Assembly: GCA_002269645.1 (NCBI GenBank) | Contig: NIVC01003998.1 | Coordinates: 1,849-65,848 of the forward strand | Source of the DNA: Macrostomum lignano | Taxonomy: Eukaryota | Length of the DNA: 64,000 bases | Reading direction: 5' to 3' | Shown here: positions 1-11,900 of the stretch, one piece after another | Position numbering within the stretch: position 1 is the first letter of the stretch | Layout: every line of letters starts with the position of its first letter | Made by a program: the position numbers and the translations under genes | Notes under the pieces: generated by a model | Seen by the model: only the letters and a program-made list of their open reading frames with translations | Told to the model about the DNA's origin: nothing | Database searches by the model: none

Positions 1-740
1 CTCACCCAGTTCTCACCCAGTTCTCATCCAGTTCTCACCCAGTTCTCACCTAGTTCTCATCCAGTTCTCATCCAGTTCTCACCCAGTTCTCACCTAGTTC
101 TCATCCAGTTCTCACCTAGTTCTCATCCAGTTCTCACCTAGTTCTCACCCAGTTCTCACCCAGTTCTCACCCAGTTCTCACCCAGTTCTTACCTAGTTCT
201 CATCCAGTTCTCACCTAGTTCTCATCCAGTTCTCATTCAGTTCTCATCCAGTTCTCACCTAGTTCTCATCCAGTTCTCACCCAGTTCTCACCTAGTTCTC
301 ATCCAGTTCTCATCCAGTTCTCACCCAGTTCTCACCTAGTTCTCATCCAGTTCTCACCTAGTTCTCATCCAGTTCTCACCTAGTTCTCACCCAGTTCTCA
401 CCCAGTTCTCACCCAGTTCTCACCCAGTTCTCACCTAGTTCTCATCCAGTTCTCACCTAGTTCTCATCCAGTTCTCATTCAGTTCTCATCCAGTTCTCAC
501 CTAGTTCTCATCCAGTTCTCACCTAGTTCTCACCCAGTTCTCACCCAGTTCTCACCCAGTTCTCATCCAGTTCTCACCTAGTTCTCATCCAGTTCTCATC
601 CAGTTCTCACCCAGTTCTCACCCAGTTCTCACCCAGTTATCATCCAGTTCTCATCCAGTTCTCACCCAGTTCTCACCCAGTTCTCACCCAGTTCTCACCC
701 AGTTCTCACCCAGTTCTCATCCAGTTCTCATCCAGTTCTC
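1..740. repeat. 10-bp minisatellite (CCAGTTCTCA-type), probably inside the PLC-beta intron
   Basis: Continuous CAGTTCTCAY(C/T) units from base 1 to about 740; the array runs off the left edge. Confidence 0.95.
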
Positions 741-828
741 AAGACTCATTTAGCTCTTAAGCTAAGTTTATGGGAAGTTGCCAGCATTTGAAAGAATAAC
801 TATCTCACATCCCACATTATCCACTCAC

Positions 829-927
829 CTCTGTCCAACATATAAATTTGGACCCGTCAATGAGCAGCTTGGACACGGCCACCTGTTTGAGCTGGCTGGC
901 GTACAGAGCTGGTCTGGCGTCGGCCAT
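829..927 (-). CDS. PLCB: First coding exon of a phospholipase C-beta (N-terminus leading into the PH domain); the rest of the gene lies left of the window
   Basis: ATG at 927 gives MADARPALYASQLKQVAVSKLLIDGSKFICWTE (33 aa), followed by a GAG|GTGAGT donor at 829/828. It aligns by eye with the vertebrate PLCB1 N-terminus as recalled ([33 protein letters not shown]). A pyrimidine-rich CAG acceptor sits at 961-959, 31 nt upstream of the ATG. Confidence 0.8.
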
Positions 928-1386
928 CGGTGCTGGTAACTGCAGAAGGCCGAGACCACTGTAGCGGGATGCAAGGGGGATGCAGAGCAAGCTTCGAATA
1001 TCTGATAGAAATTGAGGAGCATTTATTCTCTCCCGGCGACCAATCCGAGCGTATCCCATTGCTGCTCAGTTGGGAAGAAAAATGAGGGGAAGGGGAAGAG
1101 AGTAGGAGAACAGGGGCGACTCTAATTATCGTTACGGTGGCCTTCCTAACCTTCTCTCTGAAAGACACTTGCCCTCATTCAGTTCTCATCCAGGAGCCGA
1201 TCACCAAAGGGCAAAGGACTCTGTGGTACTGCATATCTATGAGCCCAATTAATTGAGTGCAATAAATTTGTATAGCATCGAATAAATTCGGTTATTACGA
1301 AGATTTAGTTGATTGGCCTGCCCATCAAACTGGAATTAAAATGAAGTTTTCTGGCATCAGAGTATTCAGGTATACCAATATTATTA

Positions 1387-2314
<928 letters not shown>

Positions 2315-2406
2315 TTACTATTTGATACAACAATTGCTTTTGGCAAGGAAGGCAGCCAATATTGCGCAGTCAGGATGCAAGTTTAAACCGTCGCCAGCAG
2401 CGCCAA

Positions 2407-2826
2407 CTAGCCATCACGGAGGATTTGCTCCTGCGAGCTGCCCGAGATTTGGCCGCCGGTTCGATTGCCGCCAGCGACAGCTGCGGTCGCAGCGGCGGCT
2501 GCCGCGGCCGCGTTGGCGCCGGGCACGGACGGCAGCAGGATGGTGGCCACGTGGCGGCTTTTCACGTGCCGATCGCGCAGTCTGGAAGCGTAGAAATCCT
2601 CGCGGTCCTTGGCCCGGTCCATGAAGCTGCCTAGACAGTAGAGCATCGCGTTTACCATTAGGGTGGCGGCGACAGAGCTGAGTAGCACTATGGGGCCCAT
2701 CTGCTCGCGAACGAAGCACTCATACAAACTTTCAAGGCTGTCCAGGCTAAATTGAGACTCGTCAATATTCAGCAGATCGCCCAGTTTGCATTCGACGAAT
2801 AGTGCGCTTCCCGTAGCTGCCTGCAT
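2407..2826 (-). CDS. Hypothetical ~139-aa protein with one hydrophobic segment and a poly-Ala tract
   Basis: ATG at 2826 (MQAATGSALFVECKLG...), hydrophobic stretch PIVLLSSVAATLMVNAMLYCL, GC-rich poly-Ala tail, stop at 2407, ATTAAA about 120 nt downstream. No family recognised. Confidence 0.45.
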   Translation of the reverse strand: MQAATGSALFVECKLGDLLNIDESQFSLDSLESLYECFVREQMGPIVLLSSVAATLMVNAMLYCLGSFMDRAKDREDFYASRLRDRHVKSRHVATILLPSVPGANAAAAAAAATAAVAGGNRTGGQISGSSQEQILRDG

Positions 2827-3335
2827 GTCGTTTTGGAACTGTTTTTCACGCCAAACTTCTAGCGATTTTAGCCTGAGGAATAATAGCTTGCAACTAGGCA
2901 AGAATTTCAATTCATTTTTGAAGGATTTTTCATTATTTTTGAGACGAAGCTTCGGACCATAGACAGCTGATCCGGAGCAGACAAATTTAAAGTGTGCCCA
3001 TCACAAACAGCCAATCGGCTAACGAGTCGAGTTCTTACTTTCTAGCAAGTACAATTCAACATGGAAGAAGGGGTGTTGCTTTTGCCGTGGGCTTGGCTGA
3101 TTGCTACATGTAGTTTGGACTAACTGGTGTTTTAATATATAATAATGCTAAGAGCTCAAGAAAAACTACAAAAATATTAAAGCACTATAGCATTCCAGCT
3201 GTGGCACTTTGACTATTAATAATAATAATAACAATAATAATAGATGAAAACTACCCTAATGGGCAGATGTGCAACCGACAGCTCAGCCACCGCTATTGCG
3301 CGGCGCATCTGAAGGCAGAGTACGGCTGTTGGTCG

Positions 3336-3663
<328 letters not shown>

Positions 3664-5114
3664 TTACTAGGTTACAATGCCTAAACGCAAATAAAAATTC
3701 GAAATTCTTTGTTGCACGTTGATAAAAACAGCTAGTTACTTTTTAATTCTGCTCTACGTTCGAATTATGCATTGTATATTACAATACCAATCTTAATAAA
3801 AAGTGTAAACTTTTAATTTAGGACTGTATTTCCTGACCTCGCTGCTGCTGATACAACATGGGTTTCTTAAGACCGGGGCACAAAGATGAACTGGGGGCAA
3901 CAAAGATCAAAGCTTACTAAAATTAAAATCGACACAGATGCTATGAAATAGAAGATATTGTTCCTGAGCTCCAGACTCCGCACTCGCTATATGCACACAG
4001 CAGTCCATGGCCTATCATTCAGTCCCGCTTATTTACTTTTCTCACTGCCAGCCTTTTTTAATTTTCCCGTCTCAACTCCCAAGAGCTTCAATCTCTCTCT
4101 TCTGTGCTCCATCTGACTGCTGCATCTTGTCGGCGTTTCCTGCTTTCTGTGCAGCTAATTTCCTGAATTTCCCGCAGTGGGGAACGGGGCAGGATCGGAG
4201 GAAGAGATTGCGTGGGAAGCTCGCCGAGTTCTAGGAGGTATTTATAGTTCCGGGATCCTGTGCCCGCCCACTGCAGATTGAACAATAATATGATATTTTT
4301 TTCTGTTCTAACCAGACTCACGCTCTAACTCTCCGTTTGAGTTTTTTTAGCGATTCGGCTGCTGCACAATGCATATACGAGTAGCAGCTCAAAAGTAGTG
4401 ATTTCATTTCCGGAACCATGCAGCAACTGTTGGATCGTTCACTAACAAAAAACCGTTGGTTATTTCATTTGCACCACTACAAATTATAAAGCACAATGAC
4501 AAGGCTGCGGTTTGCGCTAGGCTTGCCTTGAGCAAACCGGCTTTAGTGCCCAGGCACCCTCTTTCTGTACGCCCCCACCGCGTGTGTACCAGTACGTTCT
4601 CTTTCGTGCTGGCTAGGTGGGCGCCCACCCGTCCGGCGGCAGGGAGGTATTCTTTCCAGCCGCGCTGCTCAGCAGGCAGTGTTTTTGCGCAGTTCTTTTT
4701 TTCTTCTTTTTTATCCTCATTTTAGGAGCCTTTCAATAGAAAATACGATTGAGGTCTCGCTAATGCTTTCGCTTTCGCCAACGTCGCGTCTTCATGTTTT
4801 GCTTTGGAGCTCAAAATAACAAATGCTTGTTTGTACACCGCGGCAGCACTGAACATTTAAATTGCTTTCTTAGTTTCACAAACAAGCCGAATAGTTTCGG
4901 CCCAAGTATAATGGTCTATGGGGTATAATTGACTTCGGTTGCATTTCGCCATAGACATGCAAAATTGGTACATGCATATAGAATTGACGATCGAAAGCGG
5001 TGCATCGCGCGGCTCATATTTGCGGCTTAGTGCTTTGTTCCACCCCAGGCTAACAACTGTGAAAAGCGGCTGACAAAGGCGCATAGGGCACCGAATTCGA
5101 CGCGCACCACGACA

Positions 5115-6098
5115 ATGAACAAGCAGAGCATAGAGGACACCTGGGGCATGCGGGAGTACAGCCTGCAGAATTCTGTTCGCATCGTCAATAACAATCCGGA
5201 CATGAAGAACAACGTGAGTGTTTCATGTGCATGCGGCGAGTTGATTAACCAGAATACGGACTGGCACGTGATGATCGCCAATGGCACCAAGCTGTGCTAC
5301 TTCTGTGCCAATTGCAATTCCTGCCGGAAGTCAAACGCCTGCGCTCCCCAGCGGCTGGTGTGCATCGACGGCCTTGTGCTCTGTCATGACTGCCTGGTGA
5401 ACTTCGGCTACCCGCGACAGCCCACCTTCCGGATCAAATTTGACGATCCAAACGGACTGATTGATCCGGCAAACGCCAACCATTCTGCAAACAATGCGGC
5501 ACCGGCGGCTGCTGCGGCTCCAGCAGCTTCGGCGACTGCCTCGACGACCGATGTGCTACAGGAATACCGACGCAAGGATCGATCCTTGTTTCGCGAAAAA
5601 GCCGACGGGCGTCGGCAGCTGAGGCGCGCGTATTACGAACGACAGATGGCCCGGCTGCCAGACAAGCGAAATCCGCTGGTGACGGCGGTGCCGTACGACG
5701 CTTCAAAGGGCAGCCTGGAAAAAATGGTCTGCCCGGTCTGCAGCAAGGCGGCCACCGGTACAGTCAGATACGTTGTGGCCGCAATCGGCCGTATCTATCA
5801 CAGATCCTGCTTCGCTTGCCAGAACTGCAAAATTCCGATGAACCAGGGCATTCAGGTGGCCGGCCGGCATTTCGAGCTCTGCTCGTGCGAGCCGCCCCAG
5901 GCTTGGTGCACTAGGAGCGAGTGCAAGCTGCAGAGGATGGCGCACCACGAGTCCAGCAATTGCTGGCTGGCCCCAATCAGGCCTGGCGGCCGGGAGCAGC
6001 GCGATACCGACATCAGCGCTAAATTTGATTCCAAGGATTCCAAGAATGAAACGAAAGCCGATCAGAAAGAGGCTGGAGCTGCCGGTGCACAGGCCTAA
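5115..6098 (+). CDS. Intronless LIM-domain protein (327 aa): an atypical N-terminal LIM and a C-terminal LIM-like domain
   Basis: ATG start. CACGE...LCYFCANCNSCRK...LCHDC and CPVCSK...IYHRSCFACQNCK fit the LIM Cys/His spacing. GC-rich with a poly-Ala linker. Confidence 0.72.
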   Translation: MNKQSIEDTWGMREYSLQNSVRIVNNNPDMKNNVSVSCACGELINQNTDWHVMIANGTKLCYFCANCNSCRKSNACAPQRLVCIDGLVLCHDCLVNFGYPRQPTFRIKFDDPNGLIDPANANHSANNAAPAAAAAPAASATASTTDVLQEYRRKDRSLFREKADGRRQLRRAYYERQMARLPDKRNPLVTAVPYDASKGSLEKMVCPVCSKAATGTVRYVVAAIGRIYHRSCFACQNCKIPMNQGIQVAGRHFELCSCEPPQAWCTRSECKLQRMAHHESSNCWLAPIRPGGREQRDTDISAKFDSKDSKNETKADQKEAGAAGAQA

Positions 6099-6331
6099 AA
6101 GTTTAAACGACAGTTACACGTCTCTTAAATTTGAGCTACAAATTTAATTTTGAAAAAATAAACGGAGCGCAAAGTTCCAAGCTCGCAGATTTCTGCTGCG
6201 CTTGGAGTTTAATTTAATTTCAAATTATATCTGCGAACTTATTGATTAGGTTGGTATAACTTAACTGAATCACGAGAAAGACTCAACAGGATGTGAGTTT
6301 AAATGCTGAAAGATTCAATACCGACGATTTA

Positions 6332-6545
6332 AGGTTAGGGCTAGTGGTTAAGGTTTAGGTTAAGGCTTAGATTGGGGTTTGGGATTAGGTTAGGTCTTAG
6401 GGTTAGGGTATGGTTAAGGGTTTGCAGTTAATCTGTGGCAGTTAATTTTTGGCACTTAAACTTCACTGGCAGCAGTCAAACGTCACTCTGACAGTCAAAA
6501 GTCACTGGTAGTTAAACGTCACTGGCAGTTAAACGTCACTGCAAC
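6332..6545. repeat. Degenerate TTAGGG-like tract followed by ~17-bp GGCAGTTAAACGTCACT repeats (probable non-autonomous element)
   Basis: GGTTAGGG/GGTTAAGG/GGTTTAGG variants at 6332-6420; about 6 imperfect 17-mers at 6425-6545. Confidence 0.55.
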
Positions 6546-7571
6546 AATCAAATGCTGGAAGTCAATTTTCGTTGACCCATTGTTAGGCTGTGTTCTATCT
6601 AATTTTCTGTCCTAAATCGTGTACATGCATGTACTGTATGTGTGTTCCACCTGGGATTAGGAAAGCCAGTGTGGGTTTTAGCGCCTTTTAAGGCAAAATG
6701 ATGTTCTTTACAAAAAGGTCCTTGCTTAATTTTAGCATAGACTAGCATAGTCCCTCAGGAAGCCCTTACATGTACATAGTCTCTACGTAAGCCATTTTTA
6801 AGATTTTTTTATTTATCATCATTATTGTTATTATTACTATTATAATTATTACTATAATTATATAGTAAGCAAGAGCCCGATCGCGTAAGCGTATTCACCG
6901 ACGCGCGGCAGTTTAAACCAATCTGATGAGTGACTGAGGCGTTACTTTTTATTCAATACCCCATGGGACGCACGTGGAGGATTCAAGACAAATAATTTGC
7001 AAATTTCGAGTGAATCACTGATGATTTTTTCAAATTCTTTCTGCAAAAGGGTATTTTTGTAGTGCTTTCTGGAGTAAAAGCTTTCAGCAACGATTTTAGT
7101 GTAAAAGTACGAATGTGTTTTGTTTTAAAAGTAAAAATTCAAATAACAACACGATGATGCTAAATTTTTCACATTAAGCGTGAAAAGTTTACAAGATCAG
7201 CAAGCAAGACAAGCAAGATTATTTTCAAATTCAACCGAGGATGAGGATGGATGGCTATACAATTATAAAAGTACATGTAGCTAATATTTTTGTAGCATAC
7301 ATGTATATTTGCAGAAAGACTATATTATGCAAGATAAATTACGGTGTAGTTGTCGAATAATATAATTTCTAGCCCCTAGCCTTCTCTTCCATTTATGATT
7401 TAGCTTTAAGTATACGAAATAGAAATGGGTCTTAATTCAATTCTAATCAATATCTGAAACGGAGTTCTTATAGACACGGCGGCCGTGTCTATAATATTTG
7501 AGCTTATGGGCACGGCCATTATCATCGATATAAAACGCGTGTTCTATGGGGCTTTTCTCACAAGCAATTGG

Positions 7572-7648
7572 TGGCTCAGTGGATATGTCGATTGCCTTGA
7601 GATTTTGAGTTAGCAGGGGTTCGAATCCTCAATAGTTGGAGATTTTTT
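7572..7648 (+). promoter_or_regulatory. Pol III A-box/B-box cassette (tRNA-derived head, not a functional tRNA)
   Basis: TGGCTCAGTGG at 7572 and GGTTCGAATCC at 7618 with tRNA-like spacing, then a T6 run at 7643. No complete cloverleaf could be drawn. Confidence 0.5.
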
Positions 7649-7892
7649 AATTTGAATTTTTTTAGCAAATAGAAATTTTTTCGCCCCGAATTTTTTTCAG
7701 GGTTTTAAATAAAATAAAACAATAAATTAAAATAAATTAAAACAATTTTTTAATAAGAGTAACACTTAATCTTAAAGTGCGGCCGATATGTATCGAAAGA
7801 ATATTTTTTTTACATATATAATTGCGGCCGCACTTTTTTAAGACTTCGTGTTACTCTTAAAAATTTAATTTAATTTAATTTTTAAAAACTTT

Positions 7893-8342
7893 TGTAACGT
7901 CGTCGCTTCTGTATTGAAAATGTTCAATTTCGTATTTATGGTTTTTGCAATTAATATTTAAAACTATATCTATTTTGGTCTAATGTTTGTAACTATTTTT
8001 TAGTTACTTTCCCCATTTGGTTTAATTTTGTTTTTCTATTTTCAATTAGTGCAGTTATTCAAATTTTGCTTCTTGATAGTTTTTGTGTAGTGTCCTGCGC
8101 TCTGTGTGTTGGTCTTAGTCCCGTAGGCTGGGTGGCATTAGCATTATATTATCGTCTCAGATTACCCTTTGGTAAATAGTTGGCATTGCCATACTGCTTC
8201 TGACCTACTCACCATTATTCAGACTAGCAATTGAGTTGTTAAATTAATAATACGTATATTGGCCTAGGACAAGATCAACACTCAGACTCAGCACGCGCAC
8301 GCGCATCAGTCCCATGTTCTCGAACTAAATAAACTCGTCACA
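7893..8342 (+). repeat. 5' LTR (450 bp)
   Basis: TGTAACG...CGTCACA; AATAAA near the 3' end; matches 16604-17054. Confidence 0.97.
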
Positions 8343-8348
8343 TAAATT

Positions 8349-8364
8349 TGGAGGGTCCCACCGA
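8349..8364 (+). promoter_or_regulatory. Primer-binding site, tRNA-Gln-like
   Basis: TGGAGGGTCCCACCGA lies 6 nt after the LTR. It is complementary, with one extra G, to the recalled eukaryotic tRNA-Gln 3' end (...TCGGTGGGACCTCCA). Confidence 0.65.
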
Positions 8365-8983
8365 ATTCGTCGAACTCGCATCAGCTCGGATTCAGCTCGC
8401 ATACGGCTATATGCCATCAAGTATCTGCAGCAGTGCACAGGTACTCTAAAACCAAGTGGCAAGTGTTCCTGCATCCAACAGCGAGAGCGAGACAAACCCC
8501 CGCCATCACGTGACCGCGAGTCACCCCTTAGCTGGCCAACCAGAAGCTACCTGCCCGACTGCCTGCAAGTTTTCGTCCTTTGGGGTTGCGCGCAACGATA
8601 CCCCAGTCAGAATCAACGCCAGTCAGAGTCAACCAATCGAGACTGCACTACAAGTACAAGCGCCAAGAGACCAACTGACCAACAACAAATTGAGCTTAAG
8701 CCGGGAGGCCAAGCCAACGCCGGCGGCAACCCAGGACTACACCGAATCACGTGGCAGTGGCAGGAGACCAGCTAGGTGAGGGAGTTTTCTTAGTATTCAA
8801 CTCTGCATAGGAACATAGGGCCTGTCTGGCAGAGCCAGTATAATATTTTCTGGGTTAGTCTAATTTTTCTAGGAATTGTAGTGAGGCTCTTTAACTCTAC
8901 CAGACTTCTTTCGTGTTTTTATTATCTGGCCTTTCCTCTCGCCACTCTCTGGCAAAGCAATATCTGTCATATCTCGTCTCCTA

Positions 8984-11900
8984 ATGTCCTCTTCTAACGA
9001 AGAAAGTGATGAGGCCTTGTCGCCCAATGGGGCTGCTGGCCAGGGCCAGCAGGTTTTACAGTTGCAGACAGAGAGTAGCACTTCAACGCCACCTGAAGCT
9101 GGTGCCTCAAGCCAACAGGCTGCACAGGTTGGAGACACAAGCAGGGATGCGAAACCACCACATGGTATGGCAGACCAGTCAGACTTAAGTAAGGTCCTCC
9201 AGACTCTAACAATGATCCTAGAGAAAACTTGTGACAGAGAGGCTTCCGCAGCAGCTGAGAAACTTTCAAACTCGAGCCCAAAGCTACGACCACCACCACC
9301 CTTTCAACCCCAAATGAATTTCGAACTATGGGAGACACAGTTTCTGACTTATGTTGAAGCTCATCATGTCCCAACACCTCAGCAACCAGCTGTCCTATTG
9401 TCAATGCTCGCACCTGAGTGCCAAGAATTCATTTTTAACAACTCTCTGCACCGCGAGTCCATTCAAACTGCACTAAAAAGTCTGAAAGATCGATTCACAG
9501 ATTCGGGAACAGAACACAAAAGCTACTTAGAGCTTGCGGTTGCCGAACAGTTAAACTCGGAAACAACACAGGAGTTCTTTGACAGACTAACAAGACTATC
9601 AAAGTCTGCTAATCTTAAAAAACCTACCGCCGAACCCTTGGTGCGAGCTCGGTTTTGCTATGGTCTGAGAGATAAGGGTCTTGCTGAAAGACTGATCCTC
9701 CTGGGTCAAGAAAACCCAACATGGTCTGCTGAAGATTTAGCAAAAAAGGCCAGGGAAATTGCCGGTGTCAAGAAGCTCTTATCTAGTGAAGTAACTCCAG
9801 TCATCAGAGCTGCCGCCCCTGACAGAACAGCAGAATTAGAAGCCCGAATCCGCGAGCTTGAAAAACTAGTTCAACAGAATCAGACCACTCAGTCTTCAGA
9901 TCATAATTCAAAAGATTTTCAGAACTTTCCTTCACAAGTGCCGCCTGTCAATCTGGGACAATCTGGCCAGTACAAGAACAGTAGTCGTTGGTCTAAATCC
10001 CCTAAGCGATGCAATCGGTGCAGCGACCATGACCATTTAACTGCGGACTGCCCGAAACCACCGCCCTCCAATGGGGTAGGGGCAGGTGGAAGACCAACTG
10101 GTATGGCCCCAATGATGGAAATAGGAACCATAACGGTTTGGAAAGGTGGATTTGGCTTTATCCAGCCAAGTCAGATGCCAGACTCCCTCTTTTGCCATTA
10201 TTCCAGCCTTGACAACGAGTTAAAACAGGTTGCAAACAGCCATCAGTTAGTAGGCACAACTGTGCAATTCTTACGCCGAGCAGATCCTGGTCACAAACAT
10301 GATAGAGCAGTAGGGGTCTGTCGCTACCAAATGCCTGTCCGATGTGACCAATCCTGGGCGGCCGATACTCCAGTCGAGTCTAGTATGTTTGTGCAGTTGG
10401 GAATTGGAGACAACAAGGTCATCGCTTGCCTTGATTCAGGTTGCAATGCAAGCGTCATGGGCACCAAAGTCAGAGACCAACTGATTGCAAACGATCCAAT
10501 CAACAATACATTTATTCCTGCTAGAAAATACCAAGCTGCAACAGCATTTAATGGTACCTCGACACAGATTCTAGGCACCCTACACTGTGAAGTCAAGCTG
10601 GGCAAAATATCACAGACTCACGTGTTCCTAGTCACAGAAGGTCAAGTTACAGACGTCCTCTTAGGAATAGACTTTATGAGAGGTTTTAACGTGAACCTGC
10701 TTGTTGCAGATGGTCAGGTAACTGTAGCGGGCGAAGTGGTACCTGTGATTGAAGGCGATCGGGGAGTCTTTCAAGCTCGCAGAGTCACTGCAGCTTGCAA
10801 CGTGCAGTTACCCCCCAGATCAGAGACCATGGTGCCAAGCCGAGTCATTGGTGCAGATCCTGGCTCTCCTGGATTCCTGGGCACCAAGCTCTTTTGTTCT
10901 GACTCGGAATTCTTTGTGGCTCATTCTGTGGATAGTGTGAGCAGCACTGGTCATGTCCTGGTACGCCTATTGAATAGTGGCAACCAGCCGTCCGAAATTG
11001 CTGCGGGACAGGAGATCGCCTCCTTTCAAAGCTTAAGAGTTGGTGAGACCATCTCGCACACTGCTCTCACCGAGAAGGACTTCTCAGTTAGCAGTTCCAA
11101 AGATCTGGGAACCAAGCTTGCTAAACTTCCTGACCCTGATCTTGGCACAGCATCTTGGCTAAAGAAGCAGTTCAAACTAGAAGAGTCCACCCTGTCAGAA
11201 ACCCAGTTGACAATAACATTAAAACTGTTAAACTATTTCCTCAGTGCGATATCTAAAAGTGACACGGATTTAGGGAAAACACACCTTCACGAGATGGCTA
11301 TTGAGCTCAACGAACCAACCTGCCGACCCATCTCGCAACCCTCAAGACGCACAACACCAGCGCAAAAAGAATTTTTAGATCGGCACATAAACCAGCTAAT
11401 TGAACAAGGAGTAATCGAAGAAAGCAACTCAGAATGGGCTTCTCCCATAGTCTTAGTTAGGAAAAAAGACGGCTCGCAGCGCCTTTGCATTGATTACCGT
11501 AGTGTCAACAAAGTCATAAAACCGTGCACCTTTCCGCTGCCTCTAATAGAGGAGTCCTTTGATAGCTTAGCGGGGTCAAAGGTATTCTCAAGTTTAGATC
11601 TTACATCTGCCTACTGGCAGGTAGGTATCCGAGAACAGGACCGTGATCTCACGGCCTTCACATGTCCCCAGGGGACCTATCGCTGGAAAGTTGTCCCATT
11701 CGGGATAAAAACAGCCCCAGCGAACTTTGCCAAGTTGATGCACAAAGTTTTCCGACCTTTATTAATGCGCGTCAGCCTCATATACTTGGACGACATCATT
11801 ATAAAAGCCAGAGACAATGACGAAATGATCGTCCACCTGGCCCTTGTCCTTTGGCAACTTAAAAAGGCCAATCTAAAAATCAAGCCATCGAAATGTGAAC

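Noticed and set aside
6920-7025. C/D-box snoRNA-like TGATGA/CTGA words
   Set aside because: No terminal stem or recognisable guide; such words are common by chance.
7572-7648. Functional tRNA gene
   Set aside because: A and B boxes are present, but acceptor and anticodon stems cannot be paired; treated as a tRNA-derived cassette.
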